From contig JAESSY010000021.1 in assembly GCA_016763855.1 (NCBI GenBank), positions 6,988 through 70,987 on the forward strand: a stretch of DNA of 64,000 nt, given 5' to 3'. The stretch is from Pseudomonadales bacterium. Lineage in GTDB: Bacteria > Pseudomonadota > Gammaproteobacteria > Pseudomonadales > Azotimanducaceae. Below, piece after piece: positions 19,071 to 28,366 of this stretch. Numbering within the stretch: the stretch's first letter is position 1; the number at the start of each line of letters is the position of its first letter. Below the pieces are notes generated by a model. The model had not been told where the DNA came from and ran no database searches. It was given only the letters and a program-made list of their open reading frames with translations. The position numbers and the translations under genes are program-made.

Positions 19071-22000
19071 ACAGGCTCATCAGTGAGGCATTTCCACCCG
19101 CAGCAGTGGTATCTATAGTAACGGTTTTCTCAAAACTAAAACGATCCAGATCTAGGTTTTGAATAAGCGGTGTCAGCGCCCCGCTACCCCGGGACAAAAG
19201 AATTTCCAAAGACTTCGTATATCGAGAATTTTCTATCACTAGTATCGCTTTTAAGGACTTATTTTTAATCCCGGCTTCAGTAAGTACATGAAATACAACC
19301 AAGTCATTTGGTAATCCAGATTTTTCAAATATGTTTACTAAATTTTTAGCACATTTCATGTGACGACTTTCTACGTAAAGAAAAACTGCATTGCCGCTCA
19401 TCAATCCTGCAAATATTCGGGCCAGCGCACTAGTCGGCAACATGGACTCTTCCCAAAGCAGGGCCATTATCCCCCGAGCTTCATGGCTCAAGATGTTACT
19501 TTCACCTGTGGGCCCAGGCATTTTTTGAGGGAGAAAATAATCCAGTTCTTCTATTAAAGTTTCGGTTGTCAAGATTAGGGATTCTAATGTTTCCGCATCA
19601 AATAAACTTTCTTTAGATAGCTGTGCAAGGACTCGACGGATGACCGATACCCGCTGATAGGGTTCAAGTAACGACCAATGTTGTTGGGTTTGATTCATAA
19701 GAGTATTCTCTTTGAAAGGCAGGTTTTCTTTCTCACCTAGTGGTAAATCTCTTTCATCCAGTGAACAATACTGTTTTGAATAAGTCACTAACCGCTTTAA
19801 ATAAGCAGGACCACTGGCCTTGGGGCCGGTACCAGACAAAGCGCAACCACCAAAGGGTTGGACACCCACAACTGCACCAATCATATTCCTGTTCACATAG
19901 ATATTGCCTACCTTCACACGCCGAGCTACGGTTTCACACATTGTCTGAATACGACTGTGGATCCCCAAAGTCAGTCCATAGCTGGTTTGATTTATCTGTT
20001 CAATCAGCCCCTCAAGATCTTTTGCCTTATATCGCACAATATGAACGATGGGTCCGAATACTTCTTCTTCTAGAATGGATAAGGAATCTATTTCATAAAG
20101 ACAAGGTGCAAAGTAATGTCCATCCAAATCTGAATCGAGATCAAGTTGATGAAGACATTTTGCTTTCGACCCCAAGCCCGAAAGATAAGCCAGATGTGCA
20201 TACAATCGTGATTTCGCTTTTTCATCAATCAGAGGACCAATATCGGTGCTGAGTAACGCCGGATTGGCTACGATCAATTCATTCATTGCGCCTTTGATCA
20301 TCCTGATCACAGCATCAGCAATCTCTTCCTGTAAAAATAGTACTCTGAGTGCTGAGCATCTTTGACCCGCACTGAGAAACCCCGACATGATAACGTCATC
20401 GACGACCTGTTCAGGCAAAGCAGTTGAATCAACTATCATGGCATTTTGCCCTCCTGTCTCCGCTATAAGTGGTATGTGGCTGTCCGCTCGATCCGCTAGG
20501 CCGCGGGCAATTAATCTGGCGGTATCACTTGAACCCGTAAACATCACTGCGCGTATTCTAGAATCCGGCACCAAATAAGCTCCGACAGGATGGCCGGGGC
20601 TACTGATGATTTCCATCGCTGACAATGGAAACCCGGTTTCTATCATAAGCTTCTTCAGCATTAAGGCGATAAGCGTTGTCTGTTCAGCAGGTTTTGCCAA
20701 TACTGTATTGCCTGACACTAGTGCTGCACTCACTTGACCCAGAAAGATCGCCAGTGGGAAATTCCAGGGACTGATGCAAAGTATTACCCCTCTTGATTGA
20801 TAGTTGGGTTTCAGTAGTAAAGCTTGGTCGGCGTAATAACGACAAAAATCAATGGCTTCTCGTACTTCTGAAAGCGCATCAGGAAGGGTTTTCCCAGCTT
20901 CTTTGATACAGAGTGCCGCAAACTCAAATCGCTTGTCTTCTAAAGCGTCCGCAAGTTTTCGCAGTAGATTTACCCTATCCGCCACTTCACGTGTAGACCA
21001 GGATGGAAATTCTTTTACGGCGCGATCAAGCGCACTCAACATTTGTTTCTGGCTCTGATATGAGATTGAACCCACCTTTTCTGTGAGAGCGCTGGGATTA
21101 AAAATATCAACTTCACCATGATCTAAATTCTGAGCTTCCAAGCAGTCACTCATGGATGTTTTTATTCTTTCTAGCGTTGGGATATCACTGAGGTCATCTC
21201 CAATTGAATTTTTCCTACCCTCACCAGAAACATCGTATAGATCACCAGGCAAAGCAATACGTTCATTTCGAATCGTTTGCCAACTTCGCACTGTTTCAAC
21301 TGGGTCATTGAGTAAGCTCTCAATGGGAATCGCCTCATCCACAATATTATTAACAAATGAGCTATTGGCACCGTTTTCTAACAATCGTCGAACAAGATAG
21401 GCCAACAGATTCGCGTGTTCGCCAACTGGGGCATAGATCCTACAGGGAACCTTTTCTTCTTCCAGAATCTGGTTGTAGAGAGACTCTCCCATGCCATGAA
21501 GCCGCTGAAACTCATAACCCTGTCGCTTTAGATCTTGTGGAGAATCGTTATCGTCCAAAGCCAATATTGTGGCAACGGTATAGGCATTGTGGGACGCAAA
21601 TTGGGGATACAAGTATTCCCGATAGGCTAGTAATCGGCGCGCGCAAGCTTGATAACAGACATCTGTTGATTGTTTACGGGTAAATACAGGATAGTCTTCG
21701 TATCCACCTTCTTGACTCCATTTAATTTCAGAATCCCAATAGGCACCTTTAACCAGGCGAACCATCATCTTCCGACCCACTTGAACAGATAAGTCCTTCA
21801 CCCAATCAACTACTTCAAGTGCGCGCTTTTGATATGCCTGGATCGCAATTCCAAATCCCTGCCAGCCGTCTAGATCCTGATCACTAAATACAAGCTCGAT
21901 AATTTCAAGACTAAGATCTAGTCTATCCGCTTCTTCTGCATCCACAGTGAAGCCGACATCATAATGTTTCGCGGCGACGGCCAATTGTTTCAATCTAGGA

Positions 22001-22800
22001 ACCAACTCAGAAATGACGCGGTTTCGTTGTGCCAGTTCATAACGCGGGTGAATTGCAGACAACTTAACCGAAATACCGGGGCTCAACAATGGACCCCGCT
22101 CATTTGCTGACTGACCAATTTTCTCAATCGCCTGATGGTAACTTTGGAGATAGCGATCTGCACCCTCCATAGTTCTGGCCCCTTCTCCTAACATATCGTA
22201 GGAGTATTGGTATCCTTGTGCTTCTTGGGCTCGTGCTCTTTTGAGCGCAGACTGAATGTTAGTTCCCATGACAAATTGCGCGCCCATAATCTGCATCGCA
22301 ATTCTAATAGAAGATCGAATAACGGGTTCTCCCAGACGGTTAATTGCACGCTTTAGCACATTGGCTTGCTGGTCTTCATCTTTATAGGAAACAACCTTAC
22401 CGGTCAGTAACAAACCCCATGCTGAGGCATTGACGAAAAGTGACTCACTATTACCAAGGTGAGATACCCAATCTCCTCCACCTAATTTATCTCGGATGAG
22501 GCGATCAGTAGTGATTTTATCAGGAATACGCAATAGGGCCTCTGCTAGGCACATCAAAACCACCCCTTCTTCTGAAGAGAGCGCAAATTCACTGAGTAGT
22601 GCATCTACTCCTCCTTTGCCTAGGGGAGATAAGCGAATACCCACCACCAGATCTCGGGCGCGGTTCCAGGCTTGATTTCGACGCGCTGGGCTAATGGTTG
22701 CGATGGGGAGTAACTCAGCCATGACGGCATTTTCATCTCGCCGATAGTTTCTTGATATCGTTGGGCGCTTATTGAGCCAGTCAGTTGGTGTGATAAACAT
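19069..22800 (-). CDS. putA: Bifunctional proline dehydrogenase / L-glutamate gamma-semialdehyde dehydrogenase PutA
   Basis: 1243 aa. N-terminal PRODH barrel region, then an ALDH domain with ETGGQNAMIVD and catalytic Cys block FLSAGQRCSALR, plus the extra C-terminal domain typical of long PutA. Confidence 0.95.
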   Translation of the reverse strand: MFITPTDWLNKRPTISRNYRRDENAVMAELLPIATISPARRNQAWNRARDLVVGIRLSPLGKGGVDALLSEFALSSEEGVVLMCLAEALLRIPDKITTDRLIRDKLGGGDWVSHLGNSESLFVNASAWGLLLTGKVVSYKDEDQQANVLKRAINRLGEPVIRSSIRIAMQIMGAQFVMGTNIQSALKRARAQEAQGYQYSYDMLGEGARTMEGADRYLQSYHQAIEKIGQSANERGPLLSPGISVKLSAIHPRYELAQRNRVISELVPRLKQLAVAAKHYDVGFTVDAEEADRLDLSLEIIELVFSDQDLDGWQGFGIAIQAYQKRALEVVDWVKDLSVQVGRKMMVRLVKGAYWDSEIKWSQEGGYEDYPVFTRKQSTDVCYQACARRLLAYREYLYPQFASHNAYTVATILALDDNDSPQDLKRQGYEFQRLHGMGESLYNQILEEEKVPCRIYAPVGEHANLLAYLVRRLLENGANSSFVNNIVDEAIPIESLLNDPVETVRSWQTIRNERIALPGDLYDVSGEGRKNSIGDDLSDIPTLERIKTSMSDCLEAQNLDHGEVDIFNPSALTEKVGSISYQSQKQMLSALDRAVKEFPSWSTREVADRVNLLRKLADALEDKRFEFAALCIKEAGKTLPDALSEVREAIDFCRYYADQALLLKPNYQSRGVILCISPWNFPLAIFLGQVSAALVSGNTVLAKPAEQTTLIALMLKKLMIETGFPLSAMEIISSPGHPVGAYLVPDSRIRAVMFTGSSDTARLIARGLADRADSHIPLIAETGGQNAMIVDSTALPEQVVDDVIMSGFLSAGQRCSALRVLFLQEEIADAVIRMIKGAMNELIVANPALLSTDIGPLIDEKAKSRLYAHLAYLSGLGSKAKCLHQLDLDSDLDGHYFAPCLYEIDSLSILEEEVFGPIVHIVRYKAKDLEGLIEQINQTSYGLTLGIHSRIQTMCETVARRVKVGNIYVNRNMIGAVVGVQPFGGCALSGTGPKASGPAYLKRLVTYSKQYCSLDERDLPLGEKENLPFKENTLMNQTQQHWSLLEPYQRVSVIRRVLAQLSKESLFDAETLESLILTTETLIEELDYFLPQKMPGPTGESNILSHEARGIMALLWEESMLPTSALARIFAGLMSGNAVFLYVESRHMKCAKNLVNIFEKSGLPNDLVVFHVLTEAGIKNKSLKAILVIENSRYTKSLEILLSRGSGALTPLIQNLDLDRFSFEKTVTIDTTAAGGNASLMSL

Positions 22801-22897
22801 AAAGGCCTCGTTTAGCCCGGTGTGTTATGTGGGGAGACTGAGCCGTAGAATTTAATTTGGCAGAGTCAGCTGTATATTACCTTAGCTACCGTATTCA

Positions 22898-23845
22898 TTA
22901 ACGGCCATATTCTTTTATAAGAAGCTTTTTCCATTCTTCATCTGTATAAAGATCATCGGGTTCTTTTACCTGAATCCCTTTTGCCTTGAGCGCTGATGAG
23001 AATATGTCCACAACCGTTGCAGCCGATAGATCATGAGAATGATCTTCGTAGGAATCAGCCTCTGCTTGGTTTTTGAAACAATGGGCTTTCCACAAAATAG
23101 AGATGCGGACTTCTTCATAGTCAAAGCGGTAGAGCACATTGTCATTTTCTTCAACCAGCCATTGTTTTTCATCCGACAATCTTAGTGTCGCTGAATACCC
23201 TATATCTTCGTAGGCCAACTGCTTTGACCCAGGCCCCAATGCCCCTACACGATGGTACATATATTCGTTGTCAGCTAAGACCGCCCTGTTTAGAAATGGC
23301 GCAGTCTCCAATTTTGATGCTTGATCAATCCCGTCTGGCCAATACTCAAAATCGCCTCCGGGACCAGGATAAAACCACGTAATAGCAGACGCTACGGGAA
23401 TTGCCCATTCATGAAACAGCTGCGAATATCCCATACTGGCAAGCATCCAGCTAGGCACCTCTCGATTCTGCAACCCTCTAAAGAAAGGCAAATCGAGATG
23501 TTTCGGTGAGCCTTTTGCGGGCAAGTTCAAATTAGTCATCATGGCAACGGGGCGAATAATTTCAGCTTGAAAGGAACGCTTTGCTGCATCAATAAACAAG
23601 GGATTATAAAAATAGTCCTCTGCCCCATCAAATACCACTTTGCCCCCCAGAGCCCAAAAGTTTCTAAACCAGCCTGCGGAGGTCTCTCCTATATTCTTAT
23701 GAACCGCTGACAGCGTCTTATAAGGGCTCCCTTTTTTAAGCAACGTCGATAACTCAGGTAAATCACGAAAAGCGGGTGCCAACGTTATAGGCGGTGCCAG
23801 TAGTGCAGTTGATCGTATGTTTCTGATCTGATCTCTGGTACTCAT
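22898..23845 (-). CDS. Hypothetical protein (315 aa), function unknown
   Basis: Long ORF overlapping the upstream acyltransferase gene by 4 nt (23842-23845). I recognise no family. It contains an H-x-D (KHLDLP) and a later His (MYHRVG). Confidence 0.5.
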   Translation of the reverse strand: MSTRDQIRNIRSTALLAPPITLAPAFRDLPELSTLLKKGSPYKTLSAVHKNIGETSAGWFRNFWALGGKVVFDGAEDYFYNPLFIDAAKRSFQAEIIRPVAMMTNLNLPAKGSPKHLDLPFFRGLQNREVPSWMLASMGYSQLFHEWAIPVASAITWFYPGPGGDFEYWPDGIDQASKLETAPFLNRAVLADNEYMYHRVGALGPGSKQLAYEDIGYSATLRLSDEKQWLVEENDNVLYRFDYEEVRISILWKAHCFKNQAEADSYEDHSHDLSAATVVDIFSSALKAKGIQVKEPDDLYTDEEWKKLLIKEYGR

Positions 23846-24867
23846 GAGAGGGGCTCACGCCAATTCCAGCGACCTGCATCATCACCGTGCTCCATGACTC
23901 TGGTGTGGGGTGCATTAAGCGCGTCATAAATCAGTCTGGTTGCATCCGGGACTGATACATCATCGGGCAGAATAATGGGGGGTTGTATATGAGCTGAGGC
24001 TGGCCCAGGAAAAACCTCTCGGCTGCCTTTTGGCCGTAACTTACTTAACCCCGCAAGATAAATAGGCACAACGGGCACTTTCTTTTCTATTGCGAGTAAG
24101 GCAACACCATGTTTAAAGCGGCTCATTTTCTTTGACGTTGATCTAGTACCTTCAGGAAAAATCGCTAGATTTGCCCCTTGATCTAGTAGCCATTTGGAAT
24201 AGTCGAGGGTTTTGGAACCCCCTCCTCTTTTGATTGGAAAGTTACCACCAATCAAGGAGTTATACCAAGGTTGTAAAGCGATTTCTTTCCTACCACCCCC
24301 ATCTTTTAGAAACCATCTGTCTGCAGCAGCACCGAAATAGATATTCCATTTGATGCGTTGAGGCAGGCCGTGAAACAGTGCGAGCGCATCAAAATGACTC
24401 GTATGATTTCCAACAACGATGCAGGGACCTTTAATGTCACTAAAGTGCTCTAATCCAGTCACGGTGAAGGGTTTGCAGTAACGCCACATCCAGCGGGAGA
24501 ATTGATACCAACGGAAACAAAAACGCGCGAGTTTTGCCCACCAAAGAATTTGCCATTCGTGGGGCCCCTCGGTTCGAATTTCCTGTTTCAGCATACGCTG
24601 GAACAATTCGTAATCAATCGCCGGTAGGAGCATGGTATCTTTTGCGCTGGTTAGTTCTTGATGCAGAGTTGCTTTTTGAGCGCGGAAGTTATCTGATATT
24701 TCGAAAATGGTGCAGTGGTTGAACTTACCTAAAACATGGTAATCAGCGAGTATATTTGCTTCATAATCCTCCAGGGTTTGTCGAACACCGACAAGAACTT
24801 TGGGATCTTCGGCTATTTGACGCAATGCTTCGGCGTTGAGCCTTGTTAACAGCACATAGGCCGGCAT
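23842..24867 (-). CDS. Lysophospholipid (PlsC-type) acyltransferase with an N-terminal GYD-like domain
   Basis: Acyltransferase motifs NHTSHFDALA (HX4D) and FPEGTRS. The first ~95 aa (MPAYVLLTRLNAEALRQIAEDP...ADYHVLGKFNHCTIFE) parallel the GYD protein encoded immediately upstream. Confidence 0.7.
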   Translation of the reverse strand: MPAYVLLTRLNAEALRQIAEDPKVLVGVRQTLEDYEANILADYHVLGKFNHCTIFEISDNFRAQKATLHQELTSAKDTMLLPAIDYELFQRMLKQEIRTEGPHEWQILWWAKLARFCFRWYQFSRWMWRYCKPFTVTGLEHFSDIKGPCIVVGNHTSHFDALALFHGLPQRIKWNIYFGAAADRWFLKDGGGRKEIALQPWYNSLIGGNFPIKRGGGSKTLDYSKWLLDQGANLAIFPEGTRSTSKKMSRFKHGVALLAIEKKVPVVPIYLAGLSKLRPKGSREVFPGPASAHIQPPIILPDDVSVPDATRLIYDALNAPHTRVMEHGDDAGRWNWREPLS

Positions 24868-25173
24868 TTAATCGCCGCCTACTGAATTACCTGAAAGCAT
24901 CTCTACAAAGTCATCGACGGCGATTGCAGGCAAGGTTGTGATTTGGATAGTTCCCCGAGAACCGAGCTCTACTGCTAAACGTGCCATGACCTCATTTGAT
25001 GGGGCTTCAATGATATTGACAAAATCATAGCCACCCATCGTTGCATACTGGGCCTTAACCCGGGCCCCCATAGATTCTATTTCCTTATTAACTTCTTTAA
25101 GACGCTCTGGACGCTCTTTTAGGGTTTTCCGTCCATATTCCGTTAAGTTGCTTAACATGATGTAGGTTGCCAT
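24868..25173 (-). CDS. GYD domain protein
   Basis: 101 aa with MATYIMLSNLTEYGRKTLKERPERL and the eponymous GGYDFVNIIEAP motif. Its stop directly abuts the next start codon. Confidence 0.75.
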   Translation of the reverse strand: MATYIMLSNLTEYGRKTLKERPERLKEVNKEIESMGARVKAQYATMGGYDFVNIIEAPSNEVMARLAVELGSRGTIQITTLPAIAVDDFVEMLSGNSVGGD

Positions 25174-25251
25174 AAATATCCTCTTTGCTCTTATTATCGA
25201 AGGTTATTACTGATATTTCTTGCTTGTTTTTCCTTTTATTTCTTGTACCGA

Positions 25252-26919
25252 TTACCCAACAACATAGCGCCCTGGCGCAGGATCTAGGGGTGGATAATCC
25301 TCAGATCCAAGGTTAGCTGTTGCCTCGACTTCCTTGCCAGACCGCTCTTTCAGCCAATCTATCCAGTGAACACGCCACGATCCTTTGACCTCCTCCGCCA
25401 GAGAAATCCATTCATCCACATCCTTTGGCAATGCTTCTGCAATCCAGTATTTCATGTATTTGTTAGGTTTATTACTGATTGTCTGGGTGTGATTTTGATT
25501 CGTTAATATGAATTCAACATTTCCCCCAAACAGTTCCGTTGTCCGGTAACAGGCGCGCCAGGGGGTAATGTGATCCGTACTGCCAGCCATGATGTAGACA
25601 TCGTGTTCAATTTTGCTCAGATCAACGGTTTTATTGGCTAGCCGCAATTCCCGTTTTGCCATTTTATTCTGCCAGGCTAGATCTAGATAGTCGCACTGCA
25701 AGCCAGCAGCGACGCGGGTATAGTCCATTGACCAAAACAAGAGTGGATGTTTGGGCGGTGGTTTTCCTAATAAGTAATTATCTCTGTAAAAAGTCATCAC
25801 GCTTTCTTCAGGTGTGAGCCAGGCAAACATTTCGAATACGTCTTTTTCGTCAAATACACCGGCTGATTGCACCCGTGCTTTTTGATTTTCTATAGACCTT
25901 TCTGAGACAAATAGGCCAAAATCACTATCTTCAGGCCGATTGTCCAATACGTTCACGAATAGGGAATGTGAATTTATCCAATCATCCCCTCGTGCGTTGA
26001 GTAATCCGGCCGCACTGGCTGTCGTAATGCCCCCTGCACAGAGCCCCATCAGACTAATTTTGTCTTTCTGGGTGATTTTACGAACACAGTCAATGGCTTC
26101 AATTATTTCAAGTGCATAGTTTTCCAAGGACCAATCTTTATTCTCAACGGTGGGATTCTTCCAGCTGACTGCAAAAACGCTTATACCCGCTTCAAGTAAC
26201 TCTTGGAACAAGCTTCTATCGGGCGTAAGGTCTCCAAGATAAAACCGATTCACCTGGCTAAAGACATATAGAAAGGGGGTTTCATGGACTTTTTCGGTGG
26301 TAGGTTCATACTGAATTAGCTCCAGTATATCGGTCCGCAATATGACAGATCCATTGCTTGCGGCAACATCCACTCCAATCTCAAATGCATTCCGATCTGC
26401 GACAGCGGGATATCCATGATTGTGCTTGATATCATCGAGAAAATTCTTTACTCCCTGTACCAAACTCGACCCGCGGCTTTCAAACAATGCCTTCATTGCA
26501 TTTGGGTTTGAATAGATATTATTCACTGGTGCGAGTAGATCTTTAAGTATGCGGAGCAAAAAGCGGGCCCTCTTTTCTGCCATCTCATCTAAATCACTGC
26601 CCTCAAGCCAGGTATCCAGAGCTTTACAGACCGCTAGATAGTATTGCCCTATCCTTTTGTAAAAAGGGTTTTCCTGCCAGGCAGGATCAGAAAACCTTCG
26701 ATCTTGGCTTAAATCCAGATTACTTAATCCCATCGTAATTGATACTGTGGAGGTCATCAGCTCTTGCCAAACTTCCCCAAGTACCTTCGGATGTTGTGTT
26801 AACTGGTCTATTAGATCCTGAATGGATTGGAGTATCTCATCCTTATCTATCCCCAATGCCAGATTTAGGGCAACTCCTTCTGTTTTGCCATCTGTTCGTT
26901 CGTCTACTGCATCTACCAC
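25252..26919 (-). CDS. phaC: Polyhydroxyalkanoate synthase PhaC-like (class I/II type alpha/beta hydrolase)
   Basis: 555 aa. Lipase-like box with active-site Cys (GLCAGG), a PhaC N-terminal region (DRRFSDPAWQENPFY), and an Asp region (AGSTDHITPW). Confidence 0.75.
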   Translation of the reverse strand: MVDAVDERTDGKTEGVALNLALGIDKDEILQSIQDLIDQLTQHPKVLGEVWQELMTSTVSITMGLSNLDLSQDRRFSDPAWQENPFYKRIGQYYLAVCKALDTWLEGSDLDEMAEKRARFLLRILKDLLAPVNNIYSNPNAMKALFESRGSSLVQGVKNFLDDIKHNHGYPAVADRNAFEIGVDVAASNGSVILRTDILELIQYEPTTEKVHETPFLYVFSQVNRFYLGDLTPDRSLFQELLEAGISVFAVSWKNPTVENKDWSLENYALEIIEAIDCVRKITQKDKISLMGLCAGGITTASAAGLLNARGDDWINSHSLFVNVLDNRPEDSDFGLFVSERSIENQKARVQSAGVFDEKDVFEMFAWLTPEESVMTFYRDNYLLGKPPPKHPLLFWSMDYTRVAAGLQCDYLDLAWQNKMAKRELRLANKTVDLSKIEHDVYIMAGSTDHITPWRACYRTTELFGGNVEFILTNQNHTQTISNKPNKYMKYWIAEALPKDVDEWISLAEEVKGSWRVHWIDWLKERSGKEVEATANLGSEDYPPLDPAPGRYVVG

Positions 26920-27102
26920 GAAAACTCCTTCTCAAAAAACTCCCTATCCTAGGACTTCTTATTACAACAGACCATATCCCAACAGACTGATATTGCCAAT
27001 GGAATGCCTAGAAGCTAATACAATACATCAGCATGTTCTACAGTAATCCAATAAACCCTACAATATCAAATTCTCTCTCTGCACTAAGTTGTCTAGGGTC
27101 GT

Positions 27103-27705
27103 CTAAGCTAGGTGTGCCGTTTCATTAAAATGTACGAGCTCGGGATCGGGGCCCCAGTGGAGAACGCTGACACCGGTATTATCCATATGGTATTCATAAA
27201 AAGGGAAGGCCTTACCCAGTAGTACGACCGACATAGCGATTGCAAAGGCTGCACCGTGCCCCACTATCGCAATGTGCTCCTCAGGGTGCTTATCTCTAAT
27301 TTCTTCAAATGCGGCAAGCATACGATGGCGTACATCACTTAAAGAATCTCCTCCGGGAGGCGCAAAATTATGATCTTGCTCTAGCTGGGTCATAAATTGG
27401 TATTTATCAATAATGGCATCATAATCATGACCTTCCCACTCACCAACACCATATTCCCGTAGGCCTGAATGAGGTACTGGTTCTAGATCATAGTGCTCAG
27501 ACAGGGCTTCAGCAGTTGTTATAGTTCTCTTTAACGGACTACTGTATATCTTTGATATACATGGATATTTTAAGGATATATAGCGACCCATTTTTTCTGC
27601 TTGAGAACATCCGATTTCATTCAACGGGCTATCAGTGGAACCATGCCAAAGACGTTCAACATTGGCATCTATCTGTCCATGCCTAATCAAATAGAAAGTT
27701 GTCAC
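27103..27705 (-). CDS. Histidine phosphatase (phosphoglycerate mutase-like) family protein
   Basis: Catalytic LIRHGQ motif near the N-terminus and a later VGHGAA block. GTG start, directly abutting the upstream stop (TAGGTG). Confidence 0.8.
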   Translation of the reverse strand: MTTFYLIRHGQIDANVERLWHGSTDSPLNEIGCSQAEKMGRYISLKYPCISKIYSSPLKRTITTAEALSEHYDLEPVPHSGLREYGVGEWEGHDYDAIIDKYQFMTQLEQDHNFAPPGGDSLSDVRHRMLAAFEEIRDKHPEEHIAIVGHGAAFAIAMSVVLLGKAFPFYEYHMDNTGVSVLHWGPDPELVHFNETAHLA

Positions 27706-28128
27706 CTACCAGCTACCCGTATTTTCCATGGAAGACCAGGGCTCTTCAGGGGCCAGCGACTTACCTTTCTGCAATAATTCTACTGAGATGTTATCAGGAG
27801 ACTTAATAAATGCCATACGACCGTCTCTTGGGGGACGATTGATCACCACGCCTCCATCCATTAACTTTTGGCAGGTTTCATAAATATTTTCTACTGCATA
27901 AGCCAAATGACCAAAGTTACGGCTACTATCTCCTATTTCTTCTGGATCCCAGTTATAGGTCAGTTCAACTTGGGCTTCTTTATTCCCTGGCGCGGCAAGA
28001 AAAACTAAGGTGAACCGCCCTTCCTCATTCTCATAACGAGATAATTCTTCCAGTCCTAAATGTGTGCAATAAAAAGCGAGGGATTTATCAATATCCGTGA
28101 CACGGACCATGGTATGCAGGTATTTCAT
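27706..28128 (-). CDS. gloA: Lactoylglutathione lyase (glyoxalase I), VOC family
   Basis: MKYLHTMVRVTDIDKSLAFY...GHLAYAV...FIKSPDNISVELL follows the typical GloA pattern. I prefer the ATG at 28128 over the track start at 28179. Confidence 0.8.
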   Translation of the reverse strand: MKYLHTMVRVTDIDKSLAFYCTHLGLEELSRYENEEGRFTLVFLAAPGNKEAQVELTYNWDPEEIGDSSRNFGHLAYAVENIYETCQKLMDGGVVINRPPRDGRMAFIKSPDNISVELLQKGKSLAPEEPWSSMENTGSW

Positions 28129-28301
28129 TTTCGATCTCAGCTGTTTTAAAAATAAAGGATAGTGACATCGCCTCGACATAACAACAGCATAGGTTGCCGT
28201 CTCAATAATAAAGTCAATATTGACACTATTATTTAGCTACGCAACCAAAATATTGACGAAGCCAAAAAATGGTCTATATATAAAAGGTAGTGTGTCACTT
28301 C

Positions 28302-28343
28302 TCTGACAATAAGAGTCTGACAATAAGAGATTGACACTAAGAG
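28302..28343. repeat. Three tandem 14-bp direct repeats (TCTGACAATAAGAG, TCTGACAATAAGAG, ATTGACACTAAGAG); candidate operator or promoter array
   Basis: Read directly at 28302-28315, 28316-28329 and 28330-28343. Related ATTGAC cores occur at 28219-28227 (ATTGACACT) and 28252-28258 (ATTGACG). All lie in the divergent gloA / giant-gene intergenic region. Confidence 0.9.
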
Positions 28344-28366
28344 TAGCATTATTGGTGAGATCTAAA

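Noticed and set aside
19740-20252. 170-aa plus-strand ORF inside putA
   Set aside because: It is antisense to a very well-supported 1243-aa PutA frame and has no recognisable motifs. This is a typical shadow ORF.
28302-28343. Considered whether the 14-bp tandem repeats could be a mini-CRISPR array
   Set aside because: The repeats are directly adjacent with no spacers, only 14 bp long and three copies. No cas genes are present.
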